Shown piece by piece: positions 20,911-29,680 of a stretch of 64,000 nucleotides of DNA. The notes below the pieces were generated by a model. The model did not search any database and had not been told where the DNA came from. It saw only the letters and a program-made list of their open reading frames with translations. The position numbers and the translations under genes were made by a program. Within the stretch, counting starts at the first letter, position 1. Each line of letters opens with the position of its first letter. Where the stretch lies: the sequence record MW394391.1; one strand, given 5' to 3'. The DNA comes from Klebsiella phage vB_KpM_FBKp24.

Positions 20911-21253
20911 ATACAGTTTCTGGGTGTTCTTTTTTAGCTCGGCGTTCCAGGATGACTGATACGCTATCGCCCCGGAATAATGAAGACTGAGTACTGCGGT
21001 AATTTAATCGGTACCGATCAACAATCTCGCGCAAAGATAAGAGTTCATCGTTGACCTGATAACGACGTTTCTTGAATCCAACCGGATTTAAGAAGAGTGA
21101 CCCGACATCTTTTAGTCCTGGGTTTTTAATCAATGCTCGTTTGATTCTCTGATATACCGTGATTCTTTTCATACCGGTTATTTCAACAATTTCCGGTACT
21201 GTCCGGTCGACCCCATTAAAACGGTATTTAGGTTGATTTTTTCCTGCTGGCAT
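20909..21253 (-). CDS. small helix-turn-helix DNA-binding protein (114 aa)
   Basis: The segment VPEIVEITGMKRITVYQRIKRAL resembles the HTH of small regulators or terminase-small/Xis-like proteins. The protein is basic. Confidence 0.45.
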   Translation of the reverse strand: MPAGKNQPKYRFNGVDRTVPEIVEITGMKRITVYQRIKRALIKNPGLKDVGSLFLNPVGFKKRRYQVNDELLSLREIVDRYRLNYRSTQSSLFRGDSVSVILERRAKKEHPETV

Positions 21254-21307
21254 AGGTTGTTCCTTTTTCTTTTGCGTCTACAAAAATAAAAAAGACTGTG
21301 GAAATAG

Positions 21308-21333
21308 AATAGAGAGCGCGTGCGCTCTCTATT
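21308..21333 (-). terminator. hairpin AATAGAGAGCGC-gt-GCGCTCTCTATT
   Basis: 12-bp stem after the stop of 21337..22404. A U-tract begins ~14 nt downstream. Confidence 0.45.
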
Positions 21334-21336
21334 CCC

Positions 21337-22404
21337 TTATGCCAGTGCAATATACGAGTATTGTTGTTTTGCCAGGGTCAATATGTCGTTATCGCTATAG
21401 TGTTGGACAACGGCGATTTGATACGCGTACTCCGGTAAAGTGTTCAATACTGTTTTGGCATTACTGGAGATACTCCGGAAGACATCTAGTCGATGACCTG
21501 TCGGTGTGAATTGGGAACTATTCCACCGTGGGTCAATCATAGCTAAAACTGTTACCAGTTCAGTGGCATAGCTGCTGTAGCTATTAGCGTCCACAACTTT
21601 ACCGAACTTATAATTTTGCAAAACCTGTTGAACCGCATCAGGGGCTTTCTGAAGAATGTACGTCCCACCCAATGACTCAACCATCGTTTTGACAAGGGTG
21701 AGGTTCCCTGATGCCAGAACTGTCGGTAGGCTGTCCCCCATGGCTGCAGTGAGAGTTGGATTACTGGAATCACTACTGTAAACTGAAGAGACTACATTAG
21801 ACAGCCCCAAATATGCCGCCTGTTGCAATATAGAGGACTTTAACGCAGTGATCGATAGTTTGTCTTCTAAGTTCTGGAACGTGTACTCTGTGCTATTCAG
21901 GAGTGTTTTAACGCTATTGATCAAATTATTAGCGCCCAGTATATCACCTGCCGAATTTAACTGGTAAACAGCGCCATTGATATCGTTAAACGTACTGTCG
22001 ACCGTATTATTGATTTCTTGTAGGGTTGATGTCGCACCGTTGATGACCTCGTCGGAAATCCCTTTCACAGTGGAAATAGACTGACCGATCTCGTTACTTA
22101 ACTGGGAAGTAAACGCTGTAACATCTTGTTTGACCTGACTGGCTTGAGTTAAGAGGTCATTTAATGACCCTAGGTCGCTGATCTTGGTATTCAGGAGATA
22201 GTTTTTAGTATCTGACAATTTCCCTAGTAACGTGTTTTTCATGTTACTGAGAACATTGGCGGTGGTCTTCCCATAACCGTCCACTGCCACCATGGAATCT
22301 TTAACCCCAGTTGCTACCAACGAACTTTGGGTCTGTGCGGCGGCTTTTGCGGTGCTCGCTGAGTTACTCAACGTATCAACGAAGTTACTGACGTCTAACG
22401 CCAT
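21337..22404 (-). CDS. Ser/Thr/Asn-rich alpha-helical protein (355 aa), probable structural protein
   Basis: Low-complexity S/T/N/L-rich sequence with heptad-like periodicity. No enzymatic motif. Confidence 0.5.
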   Translation of the reverse strand: MALDVSNFVDTLSNSASTAKAAAQTQSSLVATGVKDSMVAVDGYGKTTANVLSNMKNTLLGKLSDTKNYLLNTKISDLGSLNDLLTQASQVKQDVTAFTSQLSNEIGQSISTVKGISDEVINGATSTLQEINNTVDSTFNDINGAVYQLNSAGDILGANNLINSVKTLLNSTEYTFQNLEDKLSITALKSSILQQAAYLGLSNVVSSVYSSDSSNPTLTAAMGDSLPTVLASGNLTLVKTMVESLGGTYILQKAPDAVQQVLQNYKFGKVVDANSYSSYATELVTVLAMIDPRWNSSQFTPTGHRLDVFRSISSNAKTVLNTLPEYAYQIAVVQHYSDNDILTLAKQQYSYIALA

Positions 22405-22688
22405 AAATCCCCCTTAGAAAAAACAAACTGTATCCGCTCCCAGAATGTCTTTGGTTGACGTTGACGTAATTCTCTCAACCCGTGACTATAAAACTTACTG
22501 GCGGCGATGGCGATAAACTCGATCTTCTCTTCCTTAGAAAAGATTGTTGTGAAAATACGAGCATTCAATTGCTCTAGAAAATACACTGCGTCGTCCTCAG
22601 AGTGACTGTCTTCCTGGAAAAAGAGCTCAATATCCTCTTCGATGCTACGGAGTAGATTTTTTACAGCAGTTGAATTTAAATCCGACAT
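22395..22688 (-). CDS. hypothetical protein (97 aa)
   Basis: ORF overlapping the downstream gene by 10 nt. Acidic. Confidence 0.4.
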   Translation of the reverse strand: MSDLNSTAVKNLLRSIEEDIELFFQEDSHSEDDAVYFLEQLNARIFTTIFSKEEKIEFIAIAASKFYSHGLRELRQRQPKTFWERIQFVFSKGDLWR

Positions 22689-22769
22689 AGCGGGTACGCT
22701 CCAAAAAAAAATAGATTAAGGTGCATAAAGAAGAACGGTGTCTTTACACCGTTCTTCTTTTAGCTTTTA

Positions 22770-23525
22770 TTATTCCTCACCGTCATCAGAGACTACTAAG
22801 TACCGACCATCCATTCTGACTTCGTGCAAAGTAATCACATCGCCCGGGAACGTCAGTTCCAGTGTCAGATAGATTCTCAGCGGATCGATGACTTTGAGCG
22901 CTTTAGTAAACACCTTAATAGACATATCCGCATTCCGGATTCCACGGTTCAGATTGCTCCGTTCCGTACTTTGTCGGTTCCTTTCTACAAAACCATTCAA
23001 CGGGTCATTCACGTATCGGTTCACACGTTCTGACCAGTCTTCTTCGTCTTTAATCACCTGATGCTTAATGTCCTTGAAAAGACGATGAAGGACATTATAG
23101 CGGGTAGGATACTTTTCGTTATGGTAGTGCGTGTAAAGATCTTCTTCATCAACTTCATCGACGTGGGACGTTCGGGTACCATCACGGTGTTCGAGAAGAA
23201 GGATAAACTTCAAATTGATGGGGCGAATGACTCGCATCCCACGAATGAAGTTGTGTAACGTCATCTCTTGCTTTGCCAGCTCGCGGTTCAGATTGCTCCG
23301 TTCCGTTGATTTACCACGACTCGTCTGTACAACACCGTTTCGTGGATCTTTTACATACTGCGTTAATCTATTATTCCAGAAGATAGACGAGATGTTAAGG
23401 TCATTCCGAACTTCCCGGAACATCAAAGACAACAAGTTCATCGGACCGGTGTGCTCGTTTACGCGGTTGCGGCGTAATTCCTCTGCCAGGCGAAATCGGG
23501 CTGGGATTCCTCGGCGTTTGATCAT
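22770..23525 (-). CDS. hypothetical protein with internally duplicated ~110-aa domain (251 aa)
   Basis: Two protein halves align: NRLTQYVKDPRNGVVQTSRGKSTERSNLNR... with ERVNRYVNDPLNGFVERNRQSTERSNLNR.... A perfect 22-nt DNA repeat occurs at 22946-22967 and 23283-23306. Confidence 0.55.
   Translation of the reverse strand: MIKRRGIPARFRLAEELRRNRVNEHTGPMNLLSLMFREVRNDLNISSIFWNNRLTQYVKDPRNGVVQTSRGKSTERSNLNRELAKQEMTLHNFIRGMRVIRPINLKFILLLEHRDGTRTSHVDEVDEEDLYTHYHNEKYPTRYNVLHRLFKDIKHQVIKDEEDWSERVNRYVNDPLNGFVERNRQSTERSNLNRGIRNADMSIKVFTKALKVIDPLRIYLTLELTFPGDVITLHEVRMDGRYLVVSDDGEE
22946..23306. repeat. perfect 22-nt direct repeat marking an intragenic tandem domain duplication
   Basis: ggttcagattgctccgttccgt at 22946-22967 and 23285-23306. 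It encodes TERSNLNR in both halves of the 251-aa protein. Confidence 0.6.
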
Positions 23526-23537
23526 GGAGTAAACCTT

Positions 23538-24056
23538 TTAACGTTGACTGTAATAACGTAGGTGCGCCTCTGCTAAGGATAGCATATCGCAGTGCACACT
23601 GTATAATGAAAGCAGCATTCCTTGATATTGGCTTTTACTGACTTCTTTTTTGATTTGTTCCAGTAGCACGATGTTCTCGACCACCAGAGGAATGAAGTTA
23701 TCAATAAACGCATAATAATCAGCGCGACGCTTTTCCGAGTCAATCAACCATTCGTCCAAACTGTATTTCTCAATCGAACGTTTCAGGTTGTAGTTTTCCT
23801 CGACAGAACGACTCTCTGCTAGATCGTCGTTTATCTTCACGATCACGTCTTGAAGCTCTTTCAGTGTACGGTATAACTCTACGTATTGTTCACGGAAAAC
23901 AACGTCATTTTCATGGCGGTCTCGTAGTTCTGAGACGGCGAGGTACAATTTCTGTATGTTTTCTGTTGTGACTGCATATTTTTCTCCTTTGTTGATGAGG
24001 TGTAACGCAGCGCGAATAACTTTATCGCCTGTGGGTCGCTTAAAGAAGGCAAACAC
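23538..24056 (-). CDS. hypothetical protein (172 aa)
   Basis: First gene of an operon. GGAGGG RBS, with a TATGTAA motif 45 nt upstream. Confidence 0.5.
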   Translation of the reverse strand: MFAFFKRPTGDKVIRAALHLINKGEKYAVTTENIQKLYLAVSELRDRHENDVVFREQYVELYRTLKELQDVIVKINDDLAESRSVEENYNLKRSIEKYSLDEWLIDSEKRRADYYAFIDNFIPLVVENIVLLEQIKKEVSKSQYQGMLLSLYSVHCDMLSLAEAHLRYYSQR

Positions 24057-24096
24057 ATTCCCTCCTGTTATTGATTATGATTAAACGTTTTAGCGC

Positions 24097-24103
24097 TTAC
24101 ATA
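24097..24103 (-). promoter_or_regulatory. TATGTAA motif upstream of the 23538..24056 operon
   Basis: Minus strand cttcTATGTAAgcgct, about 45 nt before the ATG. TATGTAA also lies upstream of 1075..1764 (1817-1823) and 17..748 (782-788). Confidence 0.3.
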
Positions 24104-24172
24104 GAAGTAGTTAACGCATCTTTTTAAACAGATTAGGGCGTTCTCAATAGAGTGATATAGTCCTAAAAAATA

Positions 24173-24706
24173 ATGGAGAATCCTATGGCTGCTTACGAAC
24201 AGGTCGACGAGTTCGAACCCATTCCCGAAGAAAAAGAAGGGGAAGTTTTAAGTTCCCGTCCTGCTGACGGAATGCCGGACACCCCAGACGAACGGTTAGA
24301 CTTCACCCAGAATATTCGAGCGATGATTATCAATGAGGTAATTAAGGGCGGAAATATTCCTGTTGGCGATAAAGACCAGATGAGTGTGCTAAAAGACGCT
24401 CTCGATGGTATTGATCGCCAAGAACTGGGCAAGAAGAAAATTAGCGCGAAACGAGAAGAGACCGCTGCAAACATCAATAACGTGGCCAAGATGCTGGAGA
24501 AGTTCAGTATGGAGGTTAGCCGAGCAACTAATGGCGCGCCGATGGAAAAAATGTTGGCAGATAAACCTAAGCGCGATCCGAGTGTATTTAACCGCGATGT
24601 CCGCGACCAGTTCCCGGATATTCACGCGTCTGAGCTCGAACTAACTCGCCGCGAAGAGAACAGCGAGGAGTTCTTCGAGCGCATGAAAGAAGAAGACAAC
24701 GAATGA
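24173..24706 (+). CDS. strongly acidic protein (177 aa), a lone plus-strand gene
   Basis: GGAGA RBS. The protein is about 30% Asp+Glu. It has its own upstream region and is followed by the strong 15-bp hairpin 24710-24743. Its orientation is opposite to both neighbouring operons. Confidence 0.55.
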   Translation: MENPMAAYEQVDEFEPIPEEKEGEVLSSRPADGMPDTPDERLDFTQNIRAMIINEVIKGGNIPVGDKDQMSVLKDALDGIDRQELGKKKISAKREETAANINNVAKMLEKFSMEVSRATNGAPMEKMLADKPKRDPSVFNRDVRDQFPDIHASELELTRREENSEEFFERMKEEDNE

Positions 24707-24709
24707 TAA

Positions 24710-24743
24710 CAAACAGAGGGAAGCGTTTGCTTCCCTCTGTTTG
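24710..24743. terminator. strong hairpin CAAACAGAGGGAAGC-gttt-GCTTCCCTCTGTTTG
   Basis: 15-bp perfect stem between convergent 24173..24706(+) and 24746..25447(-). Confidence 0.65.
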
Positions 24744-24745
24744 TG

Positions 24746-25447
24746 TTAAAACGGGACATTAAAGTATTCAATGCTGATAAACCGGATCGTCCAGGAAGGG
24801 GAAACGTATTGCTCGGATAATTGATGAACATCATCAAGGAGATCCTTAAAATACGCAAAGTCTTCTGTTTTGGGTTTATCCTGGAAGAGTGCAGGGCCAA
24901 TTAATTCTGTGTTTAACAGGTTCACTGCATCCTGAGTGTCGATGTGTTTTTCTAACCATGGGATAATGTCGTAGTGAATAAAATGCGTATATTCACTGGC
25001 GACCTTTTGCGGTGTGAGTTGTTTATCGCTTTGCCGTATCCAATCAATTTTAACCTGCGGGTGTAAAAATACTCGCATGGCTTTAGCAAAGGATGTTCTC
25101 ACTTTCGGTGAGAGTCGATAAGGGTACTCATTCAACGTGATCGCAACGTTAAGTTCAGTTGGCGAAATGCGTGGTCCTTGTTCGGTACCCTCTATGATCT
25201 CCTTGATCACCCCGATGAGCTTACTCCGTTTAGCTTTCATCAAGATCTCACTATCGCGCCCTTGGTAGCGTTTTCTCCACTCCTCTTCCGTGATTCCTAA
25301 CCCTTCCCAGATCACCCAATCTCCTCTTCGCCGACCATAACCTTTTACGATCAGTTCTACTGCTTTTTTAAAATCGATACTCAAAGCAGTGGACATCCGA
25401 GTGTCTAAGATATCATCTAAACGAACATGTACATGGATGGGTTTCAT
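24746..25447 (-). CDS. hypothetical protein (233 aa)
   Basis: ORF overlapping the upstream gene by 4 nt (ATGA). Confidence 0.5.
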   Translation of the reverse strand: MKPIHVHVRLDDILDTRMSTALSIDFKKAVELIVKGYGRRRGDWVIWEGLGITEEEWRKRYQGRDSEILMKAKRSKLIGVIKEIIEGTEQGPRISPTELNVAITLNEYPYRLSPKVRTSFAKAMRVFLHPQVKIDWIRQSDKQLTPQKVASEYTHFIHYDIIPWLEKHIDTQDAVNLLNTELIGPALFQDKPKTEDFAYFKDLLDDVHQLSEQYVSPSWTIRFISIEYFNVPF

Positions 25448-25974
25448 TGAACAATGTTCTCATCGCTAAAGCTCGGGAAAATGAATCCCAAGGCCATGAG
25501 TGGGAGCACCCACAAATTCGCCTCATAGAGCAACACCAGTTCGTTGTATTTCACCTTCCACATTTGAGCGTCCTCGGGCAACGCCGTCAGACCACTGGCT
25601 TCGTTTGCTACCGGACGGTTAGCGTTGGCGTTAGCAAAACATTCTGCGATTAGCGAGACTTCTTTACGGGTGAATAAAGACAACGCAGTAAATCGTAAGC
25701 CGAAAACGTAATTAACAAGGATGTCTCGACTATGGACTTCGTTCTGCACACTAAACAACTGCTCTTTCGTGACAAGGAGAGGCTGTGCGGTCACCGAATA
25801 GTACTGCGAAACGAATGCGTTAAATGTGTTAATATCCGTTTCGTCTTTTAAGGTGGTTTTAAAGGCGCTAGTATATTGGTGAGCTTGCCCGGAAAGAAGT
25901 TCAATTTCATCTTTGAGCATAAGGTTATTTATCCAGCGTTGTATCAAGGTGAGCCGTGCGGAGTAAGGTTGCAA
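25444..25974 (-). CDS. hypothetical protein (176 aa)
   Basis: Operon member. No motif recognised. Confidence 0.5.
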   Translation of the reverse strand: MQPYSARLTLIQRWINNLMLKDEIELLSGQAHQYTSAFKTTLKDETDINTFNAFVSQYYSVTAQPLLVTKEQLFSVQNEVHSRDILVNYVFGLRFTALSLFTRKEVSLIAECFANANANRPVANEASGLTALPEDAQMWKVKYNELVLLYEANLWVLPLMALGFIFPSFSDENIVQ

Positions 25975-26596
25975 AGTTCTTAGTGGCAGTGACGCCCGTT
26001 CCCCACTCTTTAGCGTTTTGGACGGTCCCTTCTCCAGTTAAGGAGATATCTGATTCCAACTTCTGGTTGGCCGCCTCATCTCCGCCACGCACGGAAATCA
26101 GTTCAATAATCCCGACGTCCATCTTCAACGATTCAAGGTTACTTAGTTCCGGGAACGAAATACGTGAACCCTTCGAAGGCCCGGTAACCTGTCCCGTCAG
26201 ATCGTCAACATGGGTGTTGTCATCGGGGATACTCTGTTTGTCTTCGATCATCTGTTGGAGTCGAATTACCCCTTCGCGGATCACCATATACCGCACAGGC
26301 GTAGTGAAAATTTTCTTCGTTTCGGGATCTTCCATTTCTAGATGATGCCAGAACTGTACACCCCAGCGCTCAGCGACTGCTTTAAGGTGAGCGTTATCGT
26401 AAACTGGAGAGGTAAGGTTAGGTAACGTGGCCGATATCATCGGGCGACCTTCCCGAATCCCTTCCATGATTTTATCGAACTCGGTATCGGATAACGACTC
26501 TAAGTCTTTAGCTAACTGCGTGGCGTTTCCGGATCCGGGAAAGAGTTCTTCCATCAACCTTACGCCAATTGCGGTGGCTGCGGCGCGGTTTTTCAT
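25925..26596 (-). CDS. hypothetical protein (223 aa)
   Basis: The track ORF extends to 26704. The ATG at 26596 is preceded by a strong AAAGGAGGG RBS, so it is the likely start. It overlaps the 3' end of the upstream DUF2493 gene by 89 nt in another frame. Confidence 0.5.
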   Translation of the reverse strand: MKNRAAATAIGVRLMEELFPGSGNATQLAKDLESLSDTEFDKIMEGIREGRPMISATLPNLTSPVYDNAHLKAVAERWGVQFWHHLEMEDPETKKIFTTPVRYMVIREGVIRLQQMIEDKQSIPDDNTHVDDLTGQVTGPSKGSRISFPELSNLESLKMDVGIIELISVRGGDEAANQKLESDISLTGEGTVQNAKEWGTGVTATKNFATLLRTAHLDTTLDK

Positions 26597-26972
26597 TTTT
26601 CCCTCCTTTAGGGATAGTAACACTGCGATAAGAGACGTGGTATTCAGCAATGCGGCGAACCACATCACCGGTCCCTTTTGATTCTCCATCCCAGAACGTA
26701 ACACAATGGGTGGCTGCTGCCATCATTTCAGCATTACGGATGAAGCCGGCGCTTTTCCCTTTATTATCCCAATCCGCTGGAAAGGTCAGACAAGGTATAC
26801 CTCGACGGAGCGCATAAAGAAATGCTAAATAGTTGCACCCTGCGTCACCGCCTTCCAAAATAACAACCTCGTCGCGAGGGAAACGTGCAATCAGTTTATC
26901 CATATGCCGAGCAAAGAGAAAGTAATTACGGTAATGGCGGCAGCCGGAAACCATGACCTTAAACCTGGCCAT
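26508..26972 (-). CDS. DUF2493 / SLOG-family protein (154 aa)
   Basis: The pattern FKVMVSGCRHY...VVILEGGDAGCNYLA...PADWDNKGKSAGFIRNAEM...TFWDGESKGTGDVV fits DUF2493 (SLOG/LOG-DprA-like Rossmann fold; PADW, RN and GG.GT.D elements). Confidence 0.55.
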   Translation of the reverse strand: MARFKVMVSGCRHYRNYFLFARHMDKLIARFPRDEVVILEGGDAGCNYLAFLYALRRGIPCLTFPADWDNKGKSAGFIRNAEMMAAATHCVTFWDGESKGTGDVVRRIAEYHVSYRSVTIPKGGKNEKPRRSHRNWRKVDGRTLSRIRKRHAVS

Positions 26973-27259
26973 TATTTACCCCAACGAAAAATAATGTCCG
27001 GTAGTACGTTCTCGCCAAAATCGGACAACCACGCATCAATGCCGTTTTCGGTAGATACGCGGATAGCATTGCGCGACGCTTTAGGGGAAATAGCTTTCAG
27101 CTCCTTTTCCCAGAATTCGTTAATTTCCTGCATCTCAACCCGATTACTGGAGCGTACTCGCTCTTCGTGCTCAAACTTGTTAGTAAACAAATTCGCCACG
27201 CCGTGCGAGTACTGCGACAGTAACATGGTCATGTGGAAACGTGCTTCTTGTCGTACCAT
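26972..27259 (-). CDS. hypothetical protein (95 aa)
   Basis: Its stop overlaps the start of the DUF2493 gene (TAATG), suggesting translational coupling. Confidence 0.4.
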   Translation of the reverse strand: MVRQEARFHMTMLLSQYSHGVANLFTNKFEHEERVRSSNRVEMQEINEFWEKELKAISPKASRNAIRVSTENGIDAWLSDFGENVLPDIIFRWGK

Positions 27260-27277
27260 GTTACACCTCTACACTGT

Positions 27278-28693
27278 TTACTGTTTCCAGTAAGGTTTAT
27301 ATTTCCCGGTGGCCATTCGAATTAAGTCGTAGCTGCTCAGGAAATGTTTCTCTTCTTTGATCTCTTTAAACTGCCAGTGACCACGAGTTTCACCCAACAG
27401 TTCGTCCCAGTCATAACCCTGTTCTTTGATTTTCTCAAAGATCTCTGGCGGGGTCATTGCGTGACCTTCCAACTTCCACATGAAGTTACGAATTTGACAA
27501 AGTCCAGAGGTCAGCTCCAACGCGCGGCGAAGTTTATAATCTTCATCGATTTTGTCACGGACCGCGTTACGAGTAAATGAAACTTCTGGGTAAATAGAGA
27601 GACTGAGGTTGGTGTTGTTGCTTCCCATCCCGTAATATTTGTTGGTTTCGCGCAGATAATGCAATTGGGTCAGGTGGACCAATAACCCCTCTGCCTGGGA
27701 GAAGATCAGCTCAAAAGGCGCGCCAGATTGACCGTACTTCCCACGCAGGTTCATACAGCGAACACGAACGAGGTCTTTGTCTTCTTTGGTGCCCATTTCC
27801 CCACGCCCGTATAATGGCAGGCGGGCGCCGTCGGTTAATGGTGAACGTCCGTGGACAAACCACATGTTGTTCGGAATGAAAGTGAACTTTTCAGTGGCGT
27901 TCTTGATGGTTTTACCCGATTGGAGATCGGCCATGATTTTGTGCGGCGGTGCATTGGGATCCATGTTCGCTTTTGCACCAATGTGTGCTGTCAACATGGA
28001 GTAAAAAGAATGACGTCCATTCAGACCCGGCATCTGCATCATGATCTGGGTTTTATATCGCCCGTCGTTCATGAAGATCATGTTGTTGTCTTTCGAACCG
28101 ATTTCGTTATCGCCAAATTTCTCTTCGATGGCATCGAATGACATCATTGACCAGGAATCAATCTCCTCCATTGTTGGCGGGTACATCTTGATCAGCTGAC
28201 CGTTATGATTCGGGAACGGGGTGGTAAGTTGCGGGAGTTTTGTCTTCTTATCGATCTTCATCTCGCCGTATTTCTTTCGCACATCCCAGTAATCGTTCCC
28301 CGACATCTTTAGCATATTAGTGAAGAGGAATTTTTCATTCTCTTCTAACCCGTGCGCGGAGATGTTGGGCATACGAGTAGCGCGATACCCTAGACCTTCG
28401 ATATCTTTAGAGCCTTCAGTTTCGTAATAGAAACTGTTAGCTGCATCGTAATAGAGTTCCTGGGACTGTAGCATGAAGAAATCAGCCAGGGTTGATTTAA
28501 ACTGGTTGTTTTCACCGACGACGGCGTTGATATTAGCAACCCCGCCATTCAAATACATTTCACCTGCTTCGCCCTGAACGTAACGTCCTGAGAAATGATC
28601 AAACAAACAATTTGTATTTAACTTCGGAGTAGAAGCGTCGGCTTTTTTATCGTCGCTCATAACACCAGCCGGGCTCAATGAAAATCCACTCAT
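27278..28693 (-). CDS. hypothetical protein (471 aa), possibly an enzyme of unknown family
   Basis: First gene of the operon that contains the DUF2493 gene, with an AAGGA RBS. No P-loop, KxDG, Nudix or PRTase motif was found by eye. Confidence 0.55.
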   Translation of the reverse strand: MSGFSLSPAGVMSDDKKADASTPKLNTNCLFDHFSGRYVQGEAGEMYLNGGVANINAVVGENNQFKSTLADFFMLQSQELYYDAANSFYYETEGSKDIEGLGYRATRMPNISAHGLEENEKFLFTNMLKMSGNDYWDVRKKYGEMKIDKKTKLPQLTTPFPNHNGQLIKMYPPTMEEIDSWSMMSFDAIEEKFGDNEIGSKDNNMIFMNDGRYKTQIMMQMPGLNGRHSFYSMLTAHIGAKANMDPNAPPHKIMADLQSGKTIKNATEKFTFIPNNMWFVHGRSPLTDGARLPLYGRGEMGTKEDKDLVRVRCMNLRGKYGQSGAPFELIFSQAEGLLVHLTQLHYLRETNKYYGMGSNNTNLSLSIYPEVSFTRNAVRDKIDEDYKLRRALELTSGLCQIRNFMWKLEGHAMTPPEIFEKIKEQGYDWDELLGETRGHWQFKEIKEEKHFLSSYDLIRMATGKYKPYWKQ

Positions 28694-28801
28694 CGTTGAT
28701 CCTTGTTTCTGAATTAGGAATTGTCTTCATTACAATTAGGAGAGGTATTTAATTTTATGTTAAACCCTTCTACATTACACTGAGTACATAAGGTACAGAT
28801 T

Positions 28802-29674
28802 ATGCCATTATCACTTGATTACCTGGCCGCCGAAAAAGACGCAATCATTGCGATGACAAAGGAGACGCCGGTTTATTCTCAACCCAGTAATGAAGCGTTA
28901 GCTATCCAAAGAGCGGCAATGGCTGTCGTTGATAGATTTTCTGCTTTCTTAGGGAAAGTCTCTGCGCGCTTTAACAGCCCAATCGATGAACTGAAAGATT
29001 TTAAAACTTCGCCGGTAAAACAGAGTCGTGAATATGACCTTTTAGAAAAGGCACTTAGCGATACGCCTTATACGGAACTGATGGCGCTGCGCGTCCAAGT
29101 TATCCCCGGTCTTTCCACTACCTGGCTTGAACTCCTCGACGCATGGAAAACCCCAGTTAAGTTCTCCGTTGATTTTTTTGACGATTACCTGAATCCGTTC
29201 GAGAAATTCCTGTCAGTTGCTATCACCAGCCCAGAAAAATTCACTACTGTAGGTTCCGTTAACCGAATCGGTCAGTTGGATATCGATTCGTACATCGACG
29301 CACTGACTACCGGACTGAAGGGAAACAGCAAGACTAACTTGCGCGCTTACAGCGAATGTGCCGAGCGTAACCGCGATACTCTCGTTGCGTATAGCAAAAC
29401 GCAAGAGATGGCGCTGGCTTTACACAAAGGTAATCTCGACCTTGTAAAAGGTTCGGTAGATCGGTGTGCAGATCTGTTAGCGACGCTGTCCAAACAAATC
29501 AAGGACAGTAACCTCCCTTACCGTCTGAATGCCAAAACTATCAATGATCTCACTGAAGCTGTTTTCCAGATGGCGAAAATGGCGGAACTGTACGCTGCGA
29601 CATTCACTTATGTCGAGTCGCAGAAAGTGGCGATGGAAGAAACGGCGAAAAAGCTGATCGAAACAACGAAATAA
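28802..29674 (+). CDS. hypothetical alpha-helical protein (290 aa)
   Basis: ORF followed by the 15-bp bidirectional hairpin 29681-29714. Confidence 0.5.
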   Translation: MPLSLDYLAAEKDAIIAMTKETPVYSQPSNEALAIQRAAMAVVDRFSAFLGKVSARFNSPIDELKDFKTSPVKQSREYDLLEKALSDTPYTELMALRVQVIPGLSTTWLELLDAWKTPVKFSVDFFDDYLNPFEKFLSVAITSPEKFTTVGSVNRIGQLDIDSYIDALTTGLKGNSKTNLRAYSECAERNRDTLVAYSKTQEMALALHKGNLDLVKGSVDRCADLLATLSKQIKDSNLPYRLNAKTINDLTEAVFQMAKMAELYAATFTYVESQKVAMEETAKKLIETTK

Positions 29675-29680
29675 ACCATA

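Noticed and set aside
27278-28693. 471-aa protein considered as NAMPT/NAPRT, RNA/DNA ligase, polynucleotide kinase or Nudix.
   Set aside because: No KxDG, P-loop, Nudix box or PRTase signature is recognisable by eye. It is left as hypothetical.
28757-28783. 8-codon mini-ORF MLNPSTLH with a strong RBS.
   Set aside because: Its ATG is part of a TATGTTA element matching the recurrent TATG promoter-like motif. It is too short to support as a gene and is kept only as a note in findings.
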